Shown: positions 22,859 through 24,000 of the stretch, piece after piece
How positions within the stretch are numbered: position 1 is the stretch's first letter
Layout of the letters: each line of letters opens with the position of its first letter
Assembly: GCA_015520475.1 (NCBI GenBank)
Contig: WAQA01000185.1
Coordinates: 3,505-27,504 of the forward strand
Origin: Candidatus Bathyarchaeota archaeon
GTDB taxonomy: Archaea; Thermoproteota; Bathyarchaeia; Bathyarchaeales; WAQA01
Length of the DNA stretch: 24,000 nt
Direction: 5' to 3'
The notes under the pieces: model-generated
Told to the model about the DNA's origin: nothing
Seen by the model: the letters and a program-made list of their open reading frames with translations, nothing else
The model's database searches: none
Program-made: the position numbers and the translations under genes

Positions 22859-24000
22859 TGCTCATTAAGAAGTTAAGGTGTATGCTTGATCTCCAAACTA
22901 AGCTCTTCACGATAATCCTATGCGGTTCTCTGCTCGGTTTTAGTACGGGTCTCTGGTCTCCCCTCCTCAACGTCTATTTGGCTTCAATAGGGATACCTAT
23001 AATGTGGATAGGTGTTATAGTGACCGTTCAAGCGGCTATTTCTGGAGTGGTTATGCTTCCATCAGGAACCTTATCGGACATCATAGGTAGAAGAAAGCCG
23101 ATAATAATATCTCTACTACTAACAAGTCTTATTCTGCTCTCGCTTACGTTGATAAGGGATCCATTTTTGCTTTTGATAATATTCTCTGTTCAGGGTTTGG
23201 CTCTAGGCTTGAGATCTCCCATCTTCCCAGCATATATAGCCGATATTGCGAGGAGTAGGGTTATAGGTGCTACCTACGCAGCTTTCTCCTTCTTTAATAT
23301 ACTTGCTATGACTGTTGGAACGGTTGTCGGAGCGTATACCGCTGATATCTACGGCTTCACCTTATGCTTTATAATTGCGTCATCAATCTGTTTCTTGAGC
23401 GTTTTTCTCGCCTTCTTCTTCCTTAAAGAGTCAACAGTTACGAGGTTTGAGAATTTCAAGTCGTCTCTGAAGAGGTCCTTTAAGGGATCTGTTCCTGCTT
23501 TAACGTTGGTGTTGAAGCGGCGGAGGCTTCTTCTTATGCTCATAGGTGTAACCATCCATCAATTTTTCATCCAGATGATGTTTCCATACTTGGCACTTTA
23601 TATGCGCAGTTATTTAGGTTATAGCCTAGCCACCGTAGGGTTAATACTTAGCATTAGAAGGATAGGTTTTCTTTTGGGGCAGCTGCCAAGTGGGAAACTG
23701 ATAGATCGATATGGACCTGAACTTTCACTCTTCATCCATATCTTCCTAACAGCTCCGATGATCCTTCTCTTTCTAATATCTGGAAATGTAATGGCCGTAG
23801 CTACTGCAATGATTATCTGGGGACTTGCAGGAGGACTGGATATGCCGAGTAGAAGAGTTATTATCGTAACATCTTCTGATCCCTCCGTTAGGGGAGGAAC
23901 CCTTGGAGCCGTTCAATCCATCTCTGAAGTGTCAAGTTTAGTAGCGCCTGTTGCCGGAGCTTGGCTCTGGAACTTATTTGATCCACAAGCTCCATTCCAA
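22858..24000 (+). CDS. MFS transporter, 3' end outside window
   Basis: This ORF is not in the supplied track because it has no stop before the window end. Frame 1 is open from 22711 to 24000. The translation shows MFS motif A (GTLSDIIGRRKP) and repeated TM segments. Alternative in-frame starts are at 22768 and 22882. Confidence 0.85.
   Translation, partial: MLIKKLRCMLDLQTKLFTIILCGSLLGFSTGLWSPLLNVYLASIGIPIMWIGVIVTVQAAISGVVMLPSGTLSDIIGRRKPIIISLLLTSLILLSLTLIRDPFLLLIIFSVQGLALGLRSPIFPAYIADIARSRVIGATYAAFSFFNILAMTVGTVVGAYTADIYGFTLCFIIASSICFLSVFLAFFFLKESTVTRFENFKSSLKRSFKGSVPALTLVLKRRRLLLMLIGVTIHQFFIQMMFPYLALYMRSYLGYSLATVGLILSIRRIGFLLGQLPSGKLIDRYGPELSLFIHIFLTAPMILLFLISGNVMAVATAMIIWGLAGGLDMPSRRVIIVTSSDPSVRGGTLGAVQSISEVSSLVAPVAGAWLWNLFDPQAPFQ

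Noticed and set aside
1-24000. Scan for tRNA, rRNA, RNase P RNA, SRP RNA and CRISPR arrays. The motifs checked were T-loop GTTCRAAYC, GAAAGTCC-type P4 and GGAAG..AGCA helix-8 motifs, plus regularly spaced direct repeats.
   Set aside because: No convincing motif or repeat periodicity was seen by eye on either strand. A covariance-model scan would be needed to exclude small RNAs.

Overview
This is an archaeal chromosomal segment. The evidence is the archaeal ribosomal proteins L7Ae, S28e and L24e, plus Nep1, proteasome beta, deoxyhypusine synthase, and TATA boxes about 27 nt upstream of many start codons. It looks moderately AT-rich by eye and is densely coding on both strands.

Gene order:
- a 5'-truncated FlaJ/TadC-like pilus or archaellum platform gene, then a winged-helix protein
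- a small convergent two-gene operon and a coiled-coil ORF
- a fused ADP-forming acetyl-CoA synthetase co-oriented with an orphan BioD-like/DRTGG protein (the N-terminal module of phosphotransacetylase)
- an RDD/zinc-ribbon membrane protein
- an intact IS6-family insertion sequence with 21-bp terminal inverted repeats and a perfect 8-bp target duplication, followed 77 bp later by what I read as a decayed, internally deleted second copy
- deoxyhypusine synthase, then a tungsten-type aldehyde:ferredoxin oxidoreductase
- the L7Ae-S28e-L24e genes, a Cys-rich ORF, Nep1, a HAD hydrolase and proteasome beta
- a PMI-like cupin, a ComB-like phosphatase and a stand-alone RAM domain
- a GT2 glycosyltransferase, a radical SAM enzyme with a SPASM/twitch-like Cys pattern, a 62-aa ORFan and a Dpm1-like GT2
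- a zinc-lid adenylate kinase, a creatininase-family hydrolase and a 3'-truncated MFS transporter

I found no rRNA, tRNA or CRISPR array, and no recognisable defence or toxin-antitoxin system. Most of the window is ordinary housekeeping sequence.

Leads worth following, all hypotheses:
1. the GT2 plus radical SAM/SPASM neighbourhood, with micro-ORFs in its leader
2. the orphan Pta-N-terminal module paired with the acetyl-CoA synthetase
3. C/D-box (K-turn-like) motifs in the L7Ae leader
4. the IS and IS-relic hotspot, including a transposase frame that lacks a canonical start
5. a roughly 300-bp GC-rich, ORF-poor island with direct repeats upstream of the MFS gene

All family calls rest on motif recognition by eye. 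No searches were run.
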